A stretch of 64,000 bases of DNA from Neocallimastix sp. 'constans' (lineage: Eukaryota): the NCBI GenBank assembly GCA_050613775.1, contig JBODTK010000124.1, positions 124,001 to 188,000 on the forward strand, in the 5' to 3' direction. The notes under the pieces are model-generated. The model made no database searches and was not told where the DNA came from. It was given only the letters and a program-made list of their open reading frames with translations. Both the position numbers and the translations under genes were made by a program. Below are positions 36,040 through 49,183 of this stretch, piece after piece. Within the stretch, counting starts at the first letter, position 1; each line of letters opens with the position of its first letter.

Positions 36040-37413
36040 ATGAAAACTTTAAATTTTATTACCATTTTCATGGCCATGTTAGTGGCTGTTTGTACTAGTA
36101 AGAATTTAGACTGGTTCCGTCAAAGACCAAATAATAAGCCAAATAAACTTCCAGCTCCAACTGAAAATGAAATTCTTGATTATGAAAATATTTTAAAAAT
36201 TTTTAAACAAGTTAATGGTGTTCCACGTCCAAGTCAACATGAAGAAAAGATGGGTTATTTCTTTGCCGATTTCGCTAAAGAACATGATCTTGAATATGTT
36301 ATGGATGGTGTTTCTATTGTTCTTGCCATTCTTGACAGTAAAACTATCAGTCATGGTCCATTAGAATGTCTTTTCACTTGGGATGAAGAACAAGAATTCA
36401 GTGGTGCTATTGCTCTTACTCCAGGAATTCTTAAGGGTAAATATATGATGAATATTGATTGGGAAACCGATGGTGAACTTTGTATTGGTACAGCTGGTGG
36501 TTTAGATGTTGCTGCTACTCTTACCTACAACATCACTGAAACTCCAAGTGATTACGCTGCCTACAATCTTTCAGTTTCTGTTTTAACAGGTGGTCATAGT
36601 GGTGTTGCTATTGTTAATGGTGGATCTAATGCTATTAAACTCTTAGGTGATTTCCTTGCTACTATTTCTGATCTTCGTCTTGCTGCTATTGAAGGTGGTT
36701 CATTCCCAAATGTCATTTCTATTTCTTCTAAGGCTACTGTTCTTGTTCCAGAAGCTCAAAAAGCTGAATTTGAAACCAAATGGGAAACTTACGTTGCTGA
36801 AGTTAAAGCTAAATATGCTACTGTTGATCCAAACATGGAATTAACTATTGCTGAAACTGAAACTCTAAAGGAAAGTATGACAGAAGTTCAAACTAAAGCA
36901 GTCTTTGCTGGTCTTGCTAATGCTGCTCAAGGTGTCACTGAATGGAGTGAAACTGTTAAAGATATTTTCGAAACTTCTAACAATGTTGGTTCAATCACCA
37001 TGAAGGATGGTACCTTAAATATTGAATATTTAGTTCGTGGTTTCAACAATGACAATATTGCTAAATTAGCAGACAATATCATTGCAGGCTTCGAAGGTAG
37101 TATGGTTGGTTTTACCACCAGAAAGTATGGTGCTTTCTCTCCATGGAATCCACCATTAGATTCTGCTTTAATGAACTATGCTCGTAACATTTACCAAGAA
37201 CACTTTGGTAAACCAATCAGTCTTCGTAAAGTTGGAGGTGGACTTGAATTATCTGAATTTGCTGTTGTCTATCCAGATATGCAATTCATTAGTTACGGAC
37301 CAACCGTTAATGATCCACACACTATTAATGAAACTGTTGAAGTTAAGACAGTTAAGAGCACCTGGGAATACACTGTTGAATTACTTCGTAACATTAAACA
37401 ACTTGAAAATTAA
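36040..37413 (+). pseudogene. pepD: PepD-like copy 3 with in-frame 69-aa deletion removing two zinc ligands (457 aa ORF, probably catalytically dead)
   Basis: Reads YVMDG-VSIV. The 207 nt equivalent to 25841-26047 of copy 1, containing HQD and GADD, are missing. The reading frame stays open, but the TATA motif is absent upstream. Confidence 0.8.
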
Positions 37414-38200
37414 AAACTGCAATAAACGATTTAATGTTTTGATTTTTTTTTATAATTATTTATAAACTTAATTGAATTATCTGAAAAAAAAAATAAAATA
37501 ATATAATAGAAATCTAGGATTTAAAATCACTGCAATATATACAAATATGAATAAAACTAATGCTTATAACAAAAGGTTTTTTTTTATTTACGTTGACTTT
37601 TTTTTATTAACTGTAATACTTAATTAACAATAATTTTTTCATTAAAAAGAAAAGATATTAAAAATCATTTAAAAAAAAGGAAAATAAAATAAAAATAAAT
37701 AATTAATTAATTAATTAATATAATTTAAAATTAAAAAACAATATATCCAAGACTTTATATTTTTTTTATTAATACAATTATTATCAACACTAAAAAAAAT
37801 GTTAATATACATATATATTATTTTATATTCTTTATTTTTGATTTATTTTAATATTATCATTATTAATTTATTTAATGTTTTATTTAATTTTATTTTTAAT
37901 ATATTCAACATATAAAAATTGAATTTTTTTTTTATTTTTATTTTCTTATTATTTTTATTTATTTATTTATTTATTATTATTATTTATTATTATTATAATT
38001 ATTATTATAATTATTATTATAATTATTATTATTATTACATATAATATTTAATATTTAATATTTAAATTTTTTTATTTTAATTTTTATTATTATTATATTT
38101 ATTTAACCAAAAGTAATTAAATATATAATATAAATTCCAATATTTTAAATGTTTATTATATTCTATTTTAATAGTGAGATAATTAAATTAATTATCCAAT

Positions 38201-38234
<34 letters not shown>

Positions 38235-38305
38235 TTTAAACTACAATCAGCATATCAATGGTTAATGTAAACAATCATCATAAATCATACAGCTTAATCC
38301 TTTTT

Positions 38306-38336
<31 letters not shown>

Positions 38337-38720
38337 TTTTTTTTTTTTTGATTCAAAACATTTATTCAATGGTATTGAATGTCAGTATACTTTTTTTATT
38401 TTATTTTATTTTATTGGTAATCGTAATAATTTTCTTGAAATCAAACATCAGAAATGAAATACTGCTTCCATTGTTTCTATTCCAAAAAAAGGTGATCCCA
38501 CTTTCTTTCTTGGTATAGTAAAACTCTTATTATTCAATTAAACCCAATGTTATTTGTGTTTAACATGGATAAATATGTAATATAATAATAATATGTTTAT
38601 TGAATTATCAATATTTGTAAACCTAGAAAAAAAAAATTCATTTGTTTATATTCATTATAATTTACACCCATTAAATTTCTATTAATATTATATATAATAT
38701 TGAATTTTTTAATAATATAG

Positions 38721-39084
38721 TTCAAAGGTCTCTGGATCGACCTCCGTAAGTATCAAGTCTTCATGATTTTTCCCTCTGGGTTTTACGTGAAAGGTTAGAG
38801 GTTAAACGATACTCAGGTAGGTATGTTTTCTATATTTCTAACACTTTAAGAATCCCATTGCCTAAGCCTTGTCTGAGAGGATTACAGTGTCCAGCTCCTC
38901 TGGGATGGCAAGGACGCCACCTATAGTGGGCTCTGCTTTCCCCATGAAGATCGCGTAGGGTGCTTCTATATGGAGTTTCTTTGCTTATGGGGAGTTGAGA
39001 GAACCGACGCCTTACTGGTATGGCAGTTAATCATACGCCCATATGGGGGAGACAAAAGTCTTCAGTATATAAAAAAAAAAAAAA
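38721..39084 (+). mobile_element. SINE-like retroposed insertion, probably tRNA-derived and 5'-truncated
   Basis: GC-rich 364 bp with an A14 tail at 39071-39084 and a 12-bp TSD TTAATAATATAG at 38709-38720 and 39085-39096. B-box-like GGTCTCTGGATCGACC at the 5' end. The paralogous flank at ~46240-46290 lacks the insert. Confidence 0.8.
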
Positions 39085-39445
39085 TTAATAATATAGATGA
39101 TATTCCCAAAAAAGTATAAAGACTATAGCATAATTTTTAATAAATTCTGATAAAATCAATTATTTGTGGATATTGTTTTATTTTATTTTATTTTATTTGT
39201 TATAAATTATACGGCTAAAATGTTTCAATTTGCCTTGTTATATATAAAATAGATAAATATTTAAATAGAATTAAACATTTAATTTAATTTGTACTATTTA
39301 TAAAAACAAAATAAAATAGAATTAAATAAAATATCAAAAAATAAATAAATAACAAAAATAAAAATAAATAAAAAAAATAAATAAAAAAATAAATAAAAAT
39401 ATATATATATATAATAAATAAAGTTCCTTCAAATTCTCCGTATTC

Positions 39446-39480
<35 letters not shown>

Positions 39481-39682
39481 AATCCCCCCAAAAAAATCAA
39501 TTTTAGTTATATAAGTTCAAATTGAAGAATTACCAAAAGTTAAAGGTAGTTGTAAAAATGTAGTACATAAATAGATACTAAGGAAGCTAAATATAATTAT
39601 CGATTTATTAATTAATAAATATAAAATATGCATTATAATAATTTTACTACATTATCTGTATTTAATAAATAATAAACATATT

Positions 39683-39715
<33 letters not shown>

Positions 39716-40787
39716 AAAAAGAAAAAATATTCTGTAAAAAATTTTTTTATCAAAATAGTATTTGATTTATTAATTTTTTTTTAAAAAAATAAATAAAAAC
39801 GGCATAATTCATTAAAAATATTATTAATAAAACATATAAATAATACTGTAATAATACTAATTATTTAATTATTTATTTAATTCTTTAATAGTAAATTTAA
39901 ACAAAAATATATATATATATTTAATGATTAATATTTACTTTAATTCATTACTATATAAGTAATGAATTAAAGTCTATTTTTTTTTTTATTTATTTAAAAT
40001 TTTCTAATTCATTTATTTAATATTTATTTAATAAAACATTAATATATAAATATTAAAAAATAAATTTAAAAAAAATTTATATAAAAATATTTAAGTTGTA
40101 CATAATCTATTTAAGTTTCAATATTTTTATTTTTATATAATTAAATTTGGATAGATAGTAATATTTTTTCATCAAAAATAGGATTTTTTTAATGAGAAAA
40201 AATTTTATTTAATATTAAAAATCAAAAATGCATTTAAAAAGATAAAAATGCATTAATAAATAAATAAATACATTAATAAATAAATAAATGTATTAATAAA
40301 TAAATAAATGTATTAATAAATAAATAAATGTATTAATAAATAAATAAATTAATAAATTAATAAATAAATAAATAAATAAACTTATAAAATAAAATATATT
40401 AAAATATCTAATTTTTTTTTCTGTAAAATTTAAATTACTATGAATTATATTAAATTTATTTAGTTTTAATATTTTTATTAATTTATTTAATTCCAATTCA
40501 ATAAACTTAAAAAATAATATATATTCCTTTTCATATATTTCATATATAGGAATATATTAAAAAATGATAAAATCCAGGGGATTTTGTACACTTTTTTTTT
40601 TTTTTATTTTTACTTTTTTTTTGTTACTTTTATTAATATTATTTATTTTAGTTTATTTATAAATATATATTTATTTAATATAATTCTTTTTTATAAAAAA
40701 AAATTTATTTATTTATTTATTTTTTTTTATTTTTAATATTATTAAAAATAATATTTATTAAATTATAATTTCTATTGTTAAATATTA

Positions 40788-40831
<44 letters not shown>

Positions 40832-41035
40832 AAAAAGAAAAATATTATTATATTTTTAAATATTAATTTTTATTATTTATTATTTTTTTTTTTCTTTTTG
40901 GAAAATTTTGAAAACTATATAAATATGTAAATTTCTTCTATTTTTTTTTTTTTTTTTTTTAAAATTATAAAACATATTTTTATAATTAACTTAAAATAAT
41001 ATATTTAAATTAATTATATATAAAAAATATAAATA

Positions 41036-42616
41036 ATGAAAACTTTAAATTTTATTACCATTTTCATGGCCATGTTAGTGGCTGTTTGTACTAGTAAGAA
41101 TTTAGATTGGTTAAATCAAGGAATAAATAATTCAAGTAAACTTCCAGTTTCAGCTGAAGAAAGTGAAATTCCAGATTATGAAAATGTTTTAAGAATGTTC
41201 AAAAAAGTTAATGGTGTTCCACGTCCAAGTCAACACGAAGAAAAGATGGGTTATTTCCTTGCCGATTTTGCTAAAGAACGTGGTCTTGAATATGTTATGG
41301 ATGGTAAGAATGTCATTATTTACAAGGATGCTACTCCAGATATGGAAGGAACTCCAATGCTTACCTTACAAACTCATCAAGATATGATTTGTGTTGCTAA
41401 GGATGGTTATGAAATTGATTTCTTAGAACAAGGTATTGAAAGTTATAATGATGGTACTTACATCAGAAGTAAGGATAATAATACTTCTCTTGGTGCTGAT
41501 GATGGTATTGGTGTTTCTATTGTTCTTGCCATTCTTGACAGTAAGACTATCAGTCATGGTCCATTAGAATGTCTTTTCACTTGGGATGAAGAACTAGAAT
41601 TCAGTGGTGCTATTGCTCTTACTCCAGGAATTCTTAAGGGTAAATATATGGTAAACATTGATTGGGAAACCGATGGTGAACTTTGTATTGGTACAGCTGG
41701 TGGTTTAGATGTTGCTGCTAATCTTGCCTACAACATCACTGAAACTCCAAGTGATTACTCTGCCTACAATCTTTCTGTTTCTGGTTTAACAGGTGGTCAC
41801 AGTGGTGTTGCTATTGTTAATGGTGGATCTAATGCTATTAAACTCTTAGGTGATTTCCTTGCTACTATTTCTGATCTTCGTCTTGCTGCTATTGAAGGTG
41901 GTACATTCCCAAATGTTATTTCTATTTCTTCTAAGGCTACTGTTCTTGTTCCAGAAACTCAAAAAGCTGAATTTGAAACTAAATGGGAAACTTACGTTGC
42001 TGAAGTTAAAGCTAAATATGCTACTGTTGATCCAAACATGGAATTAACTATTGCTGAAACTGAAACTCCAAAGGAAAGTATGACAGAAGTTCAAACTAAA
42101 GCAGTCTTTGCTGGTCTTGCTAATGCTGCTCAAGGTGTTACTGAATGGAGTGAAACTGTTAAAGATATTTTCGAAACTTCTAACAATGTTGGTTCAATCA
42201 CCATGAAGGATGGTACCTTAAATATTGAATATTTAGTTCGTGGTTTCAACAATGACAATATTGCTAAATTAGCAGACATTATCATTTCAGGTTTTGAAGG
42301 TAGTAAGGTTGGTTTCACTACTAGAAAGTATGGTGCTTTCTCTCCATGGAATCCATCATTAGATTCTGCTTTAATGAACTATGCTCGTAACATTTACCAA
42401 GAACACTTTGGTAAACCAATCAGTCTTCGTAAAGTTGGAGGTGGACTTGAATTATCTGAATTTGCTGTTGTCTATCCAGATATGCAATTCATTAGTTACG
42501 GACCAACCGTTAATGATCCACACACTATTAATGAAACTGTTGAAGTTAAGACGGTTAAGAGCACCTGGGAATACACTGTTGAATTACTTCGTAACGTTAA
42601 ACAACTTGAAAACTAA
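41036..42616 (+). CDS. pepD: Secreted PepD-like M20C metallo-dipeptidase, copy 4, 526 aa
   Basis: Same motifs as copy 1, with variants DEELE, DMIC and GGTF. Signal peptide present, intronless. Confidence 0.93.
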   Translation: MKTLNFITIFMAMLVAVCTSKNLDWLNQGINNSSKLPVSAEESEIPDYENVLRMFKKVNGVPRPSQHEEKMGYFLADFAKERGLEYVMDGKNVIIYKDATPDMEGTPMLTLQTHQDMICVAKDGYEIDFLEQGIESYNDGTYIRSKDNNTSLGADDGIGVSIVLAILDSKTISHGPLECLFTWDEELEFSGAIALTPGILKGKYMVNIDWETDGELCIGTAGGLDVAANLAYNITETPSDYSAYNLSVSGLTGGHSGVAIVNGGSNAIKLLGDFLATISDLRLAAIEGGTFPNVISISSKATVLVPETQKAEFETKWETYVAEVKAKYATVDPNMELTIAETETPKESMTEVQTKAVFAGLANAAQGVTEWSETVKDIFETSNNVGSITMKDGTLNIEYLVRGFNNDNIAKLADIIISGFEGSKVGFTTRKYGAFSPWNPSLDSALMNYARNIYQEHFGKPISLRKVGGGLELSEFAVVYPDMQFISYGPTVNDPHTINETVEVKTVKSTWEYTVELLRNVKQLEN

Positions 42617-42822
42617 AAACTGTAATAGAAAGTTTAACGTTTTGATTTTTTTTTTATATTTATTTATAAATTTAATTAAATTATCTTAAAAAAAAATATA
42701 GAAACTATAAATATTATAGAAATTTAGAAGTTAAAATATTTATTTAAATATATATAAAAAATTCTAATGAAATAACATTAACTTTTTTTATAAAAAGAAA
42801 AAATATTGAAAAATAATTTCCA

Positions 42823-42862
<40 letters not shown>

Positions 42863-43371
42863 CAGAATATATGAATATAAAATAGATTTAGAATATATTT
42901 TAAATTCTAAATATATATATACAAATATTCTAATGTTTATAACAATAATTTTTTGTTTTAAAGAAAAATAAATATTTATAAAAATTGATAAACAACTAAA
43001 ATTAAATGAAATAAAAAGAAATAAAAATAGATAAAAATAAATAAAAAAATAAATAAAAAATTAATATTGTTTGTAAATTATAAGATAATTAGTACTAAAA
43101 ATCTCTCAAAGATATATAATATATAAAGATTAAATTAAAATATAGTATGTCATATTTTTTTTTATTATTATTCATACTATTATTATAAATGATAAAACTA
43201 AAAAATTTTCAATTTTTTCAGTTAGAATACATTAAAATTTTATTTCAAAAAAAAATATATAAAATATTAATAAATAATTTAATATTATTAATAAAAATAA
43301 AAGTAATAAAAGATAAAAATTCAAAATATTTTACTATGTTTAATTTGTTTTTATTTTTTATTTTTATTAAT

Positions 43372-43438
<67 letters not shown>

Positions 43439-43442
43439 TTAT

Positions 43443-45695
43443 TATTAGAATATGTAAGATATATGACAAATAAGCTTCAAATATATTGAAACATATTGTA
43501 ATATAAATGAACAAACTTTCCAAGGGATAAGCGTCAGCTGCAGGGTAATATAAATGATGAACAAGCTACAATATATCGATATAAAATCATTTAATTGAGA
43601 ATAATTAAGTGCTATAGTAACTCTTTATCATAAAATATATTAATAAAATTGACAAAATTGACATAATTATAAACTATAAATTATAAATTCCTGACTCTTA
43701 ACAGTTTAAGCTCTTAAAAAGATTCTAAGAGAAAGAATAGGTGGCCAGAAACAATATTATTTTAAAGAAAAATAAATCGAAATTTAAATTATGATAAAAG
43801 TTGCTCATTATGTCAATGTAAGGAAGACTAATAAAACTGATCAAAATGATTAAGATTGCAGAAATTGAAGAAACACATAAAAATATAAAATAGGTTGATA
43901 AAAGGAAGTTATTACAAGTTAAATAAAAATCCAAAAATATAAAAATATTAATTTAATAGGGAAAATACGCTTAAACCTATATAAAAGAAAAATTATATAT
44001 TTTCATACTTATATATCTTCATACTGGAAACTCTTAATTGAAATTATAATTTGATATTTTAACAAATAAACTTTTGGCTATTGGTAATGTATTATATCTA
44101 TACATAAATAGGATCTACCATGTGATAAACTATTTCCACCTCATGAATATACAAAACACAATTTAATAATATATATTAAGAAGATTTAAATAATTATATA
44201 TTGGATAATGATTCTTTATAAACAACAAAACACATTATTTAAAGTATAATTATTTTAACGAGTATTTATACATATCAAACACGTATATATAAATATAAAC
44301 TATAATAATGGAGGAAATTATATGTCAGAGATCCCATATAAAATAATTTAAAATATAATATCCCAAATATTCAAGGAAAATATATAATAGAATGGTAATT
44401 CCTAGAGTGAAATGGGTATATTCTAACGATAATAGTATTATTAAACCTAACTTGAAATGGACCTAAATAATATCTAATTTAATATAATCATAATGCAAAC
44501 CTTTGTGATGAAAGGTATAATAAAATAATAAATACAACAATAAGTTATATACAAATGGATGATACTTATCCATCTAAGAACTATTCTTATTGATTGCAAA
44601 GTATTTTAAAGTTATAATCATTAAACCTTTATTATTAATATTTTAAAGATAAGAAAATTCAAATAAATAAAATCTTTTTTTGAAATTTGGGTTTTAGGGA
44701 GGAAGGAGGCAAAATAAAATAAAGAACTCAAAATATTAAAGGAAAAGATACTTAAATGATTCTTTGGCTGATTATTAAAAATCATACTTTTTATTGGAAA
44801 TGAATAAAAATAGCCTAAATAGAGAAAATTAGAGAAAATAGCTTACAAGAAAAGATTAACTGAAATATTAAATTTTATTAAATCATGAAACGATATATAT
44901 TATATACTAATAAGTTTAAATAGCAGAATAATATAATTAATTATAAATGCAATCAATTTTAATACCTTAAGATTATGATTTATCAAGTACACCGATATAT
45001 AATTAACAATTTATTTTAATAGTTATCACTAAAACTACAAAGCAAAAATATATAAAAGTTATTGCTTATCTTCAAAGTGGATTATAATTGTAAGTGATAT
45101 AAAACCCAATATATCCAATATATAAGAGGTATTCAAACAAATTAAGAAAGGTTTCCATCATATAAATGGGAATATATAAACCATATATTATATGAGATGT
45201 TTTAGATACACCTAATATTAATGGTGTAATAATATTAAATTCTTAGTTTAAGAGGGAAATTATTAGATTATAAACATATTTAAGAAATTATTTTATTAAT
45301 ATTTAAATTGAATTAAATAATTGATGTAATATAAAATTACTTCATTCATGTAAAATTAAAGGTTAATTTAAAATAAAAATAAATAATTGCTTAATAATAA
45401 AAAATTAACATTATAAAATAGGATAATTTTGTATACACATATTCATATTCACCAGTGAACCAATTTATTCATTATAGAATAACTAGGTTTAAGGGGGAAT
45501 GTTAGAATATGTGAAATATATGAAAAATAAGCTTCAAATGCATTGAAACATATTGTAATATAAATGATGTAAAAGCTACAATGTATTAATTTAAAAGTAT
45601 TTAATTTAGAATAATAAAGTGTTAGTAACTCTTTATCATAAAACATATTAATAAAATTGACATAATTATAAACCATGAATTCCTGACTCTTTACA
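43443..45695 (+). mobile_element. Decayed, internally deleted LTR retrotransposon (probably Ty1/copia)
   Basis: Direct repeats at 43443-43703 (TA...CA) and 45500-45695 (TG...CA). Polypurine tract AAGGGGGAA at 45491-45499. 5-bp TSD ATTAT at 43438-43442 and 45696-45700. The internal remnant VKWVY at ~44407 is copia-RT-like, so the superfamily call is weaker than the LTR call. Confidence 0.85.
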
Positions 45696-48600
45696 ATTAT
45701 TATTATTTTTAAGTAATTTAATATTTTTATTTAATTTCTATTATCATTCTAATTATTCATCATAAACCTTTTATTTTTACTTTTATTTAATTAAATAAGC
45801 CTGATATTTATTAATTATTTAAAAAAAAATTAGGACAATGAAGATTGTTGAAATTATAGAAAAATCAATAGAAAAATTATTAAAAATTAATTATAAAACA
45901 ATACAGAATAAAAAAAAAAAACACTTTGATGATATAAATATATTAAAAATATACTTATATCTATAACTGATTTTTCAATTGAACACAAGGTCATTTGTGT
46001 TTAACAAGGATAAATATGTAAATTATTAACTATAAAATATAATATTTTATGTATATAATTGTGTATAATTTACATAAAAAAGAAAAAAAAAATAGAAATA
46101 TAATAATTATTAATTATATGTATTATTTTAATAATAATAATAATATGATTATTGAATTATCAATATATTTGTAAACCTTTGAAAAAAAAATTATTTTCAC
46201 AAGTTCATTATTATTTACATCTATTAGATTTCTATTAATATAATAAATTGAAGATTTAATGATATAAATAATATTCCAAGAAAAAAAAATAATATAAAGA
46301 TATCTTTGATAATTGTTGATTTTTAATTTATAAAATTATATGATTAAAAAAATAATTTTTTTTAGTGGTAATCTTTTTTTTTTTTTTTTTTTTTTTTTTT
46401 GTTTTGTTTTGTTTTAAAAAACCTTATTAATGAACATTATAAAATCAATTATTTGTAACTATATATTTTTTTTTTTATTTTATTTGTTATAAATAATAAG
46501 GATTAAATGTTTCAATTTGTCTTGTTATATTTATAATGGATAAATATTTAAATATAATTAAAAATTTAATTTGTACTCTTTATAAAAACTAAATAAAATA
46601 AAATATCACAAAATAAATAAATAGAAAAAAAAAAAAAATATAAAATAAAATTAAAATTAAAATATAAAAAAAAATATATATATATATATAATAAAAGTCT
46701 TTCAAATTCTCCATATTCAAATTGAAAGAACAAAATCAAAACAAATAAAAATAAAAAAAAAAAAAAAAAAAATCAATTATGTTTCTTTAAGGTGAAATTG
46801 AAGAATTACCAAAAGCTAAAAGTAGTTAGAAAAATATATACATACATATAGATACATAGGAAGCTAAATTATTATCCTTGATTTATTAATAAATAAATAT
46901 AAAATATGTATCATAATATTATTACTATATCATATTTGTATTTAATAAATTATTAGCATTTTTATTTAAAAAAAAAAAAAAGAAAAAATAATTTAAAAAA
47001 ATAATATTTTAATTTACTAATTTTTATATTATTAAAAAATAAATAATGACGGCATAATTTATTAAAAGTATTATTAATAAAATACAGAAATAATAATGTA
47101 ATAATACTAATTTTTTATTTATTTATTTAATTCGTTAACTGTACAATTAAGCAAAAATAATAACAAATATTTAATATTAATATTTATGATAATACTATTT
47201 AAGTAATGAATTAAAGTCTCAATATATTCCAATTTTTCAATATTTATTTAATAAAATATTAATATATAAATAATAAAAAATAAATATAAAAAAAATTTAT
47301 ATAAAAATATAAATATTTAAGTTGCATATACCATATTTAAATTACGATATTTTTATTTTTAATAATTAAATTTGGATAGATAATAACATTTTTTCATCAA
47401 GAATAGGATTTTTTTAATGAGAAAAAATTTTAATATTAAAAATCAAAAATGTATTTAAAAAGATAAAATAAATAGACATATAAAATAAATAAATTTAATT
47501 TTTTTTTTATGTACAATTTAAATTATTATTAATTATATTAAACTTATTTAGTTTTAATACTTTTATTAAATTATTTGAAAAGTAATTCTCATATATGAAA
47601 ATATAGGAATATTTTGAAACATGATAAAATCAAGGGTTTTTTTTGCACCTTTTTTTTTTAATTTTTATTTTAACTTTTTTATTTATAAGTTACTTTTTAT
47701 TAATATTTTTTTTTTTTTTTTAATTTATTTATTATTTAAGTAAAATTATTTTTCTTTTTTGTCAAAGGCAAATATATTATATAAACTACTTTTTTATAAA
47801 TAAATATGTAATTAAATTCTCCAACCACTTTTATTAAAAAGTTATCTATTAATTAATAATAATTTTTTATATTAATTAAAGTTTAAATTTATAATTTTTT
47901 TTTTATCTTATATATTGAAAATTCATTTATAATTAATTTTTTTTTCCTAAAAATAATGTATATTTAAATTTTTTATTATTTATTACTTATTACTTATTAT
48001 TTATTACTTATAATTTATTACTAATTATTTATTACTTTATTTATTATTTATTATTTATTATTTATTATTTATTATTTATTATTTATTATTTAATTATTTA
48101 TTACTTATTATTTATTATTTATTATTTATTATTTATTATTTATTATTTATTATTTATTATTTATTATTTATTATTTATTATTTATTATTTATTATTTATT
48201 ATTTATTATTTATTATTGAATATATATAATTATAATTATTATAATAATTTATTTAGTATTATTACTTCAATACAATTATTACAATATATAATTCCTATAT
48301 AATAAAAAAAAGGAAAAGAAAAAAGAAAAAAAATTTTTTATTAATTAAATTCATGTAAAAAGATTTTTTTTTTTAGTATATGTATTATATGTATTATATG
48401 TATCACAAAAAAAATTTTTTTTTTTTCATATAAAAAAATACTAAAGATTTATTAATTATTTATGCTACTTTAATTTCATTTATTTTACAAATTACATATA
48501 ATAATTTTATATTATTATTCCACACTTGATAAAAATTAATATTTTGTGATATTTAATACAGCCTATATTTATTTATTTATTTATTTATTTATTTCTATTT

Positions 48601-49183
48601 TTATTTCAATTCCCATTTTCTATAATAATAAAAAAAAATTTTTTTTTTTTATATTTAAAACTAATTATATAAAGAAATTATATTACAAAATCCATTGTTA
48701 TTATTTTAATTAAATTTAAATTAAAAAAAAAAATAATAATAATATAATAATAATATAATAATAAATATTAATAAACAATAAATAATAATAAACAATAATT
48801 AAAATAATAATAAAGAACTTTACATATTATAATATATTTGAAAATTTAATTCCATTCATTCTGTTTTCTTTTTGTTTTCTTTTTTTTTTTTTTGTTTATT
48901 TATTTAGAGAAATTTTTTTTGAAATCTATATAAATATGTGGATTTGTCCTATCTTTTTTTAAATAAATATCAACAATATTTTTATAATTAAATTAGAATA
49001 ATATTTTAATTAATTATATAAATATAAAAATAAATAAAATAAAATAAAAATAAAATATAAAATAAAAAAAAAAATAAAATATAAAATAAAAAAAATAAAA
49101 TATAAAGTAAAAAAAATATAATATAAAATATAAAATAAAAAAATAAAAAAATAAAATAAAATATAAAATAAAAAATATAAAAA

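Noticed and set aside
39045..39070. CTGAAGA on the minus strand of the SINE end as a hammerhead ribozyme core
   Set aside because: No GAAA follows the putative stem II, so the catalytic core is incomplete. Twister and HDV patterns also did not fit by eye.
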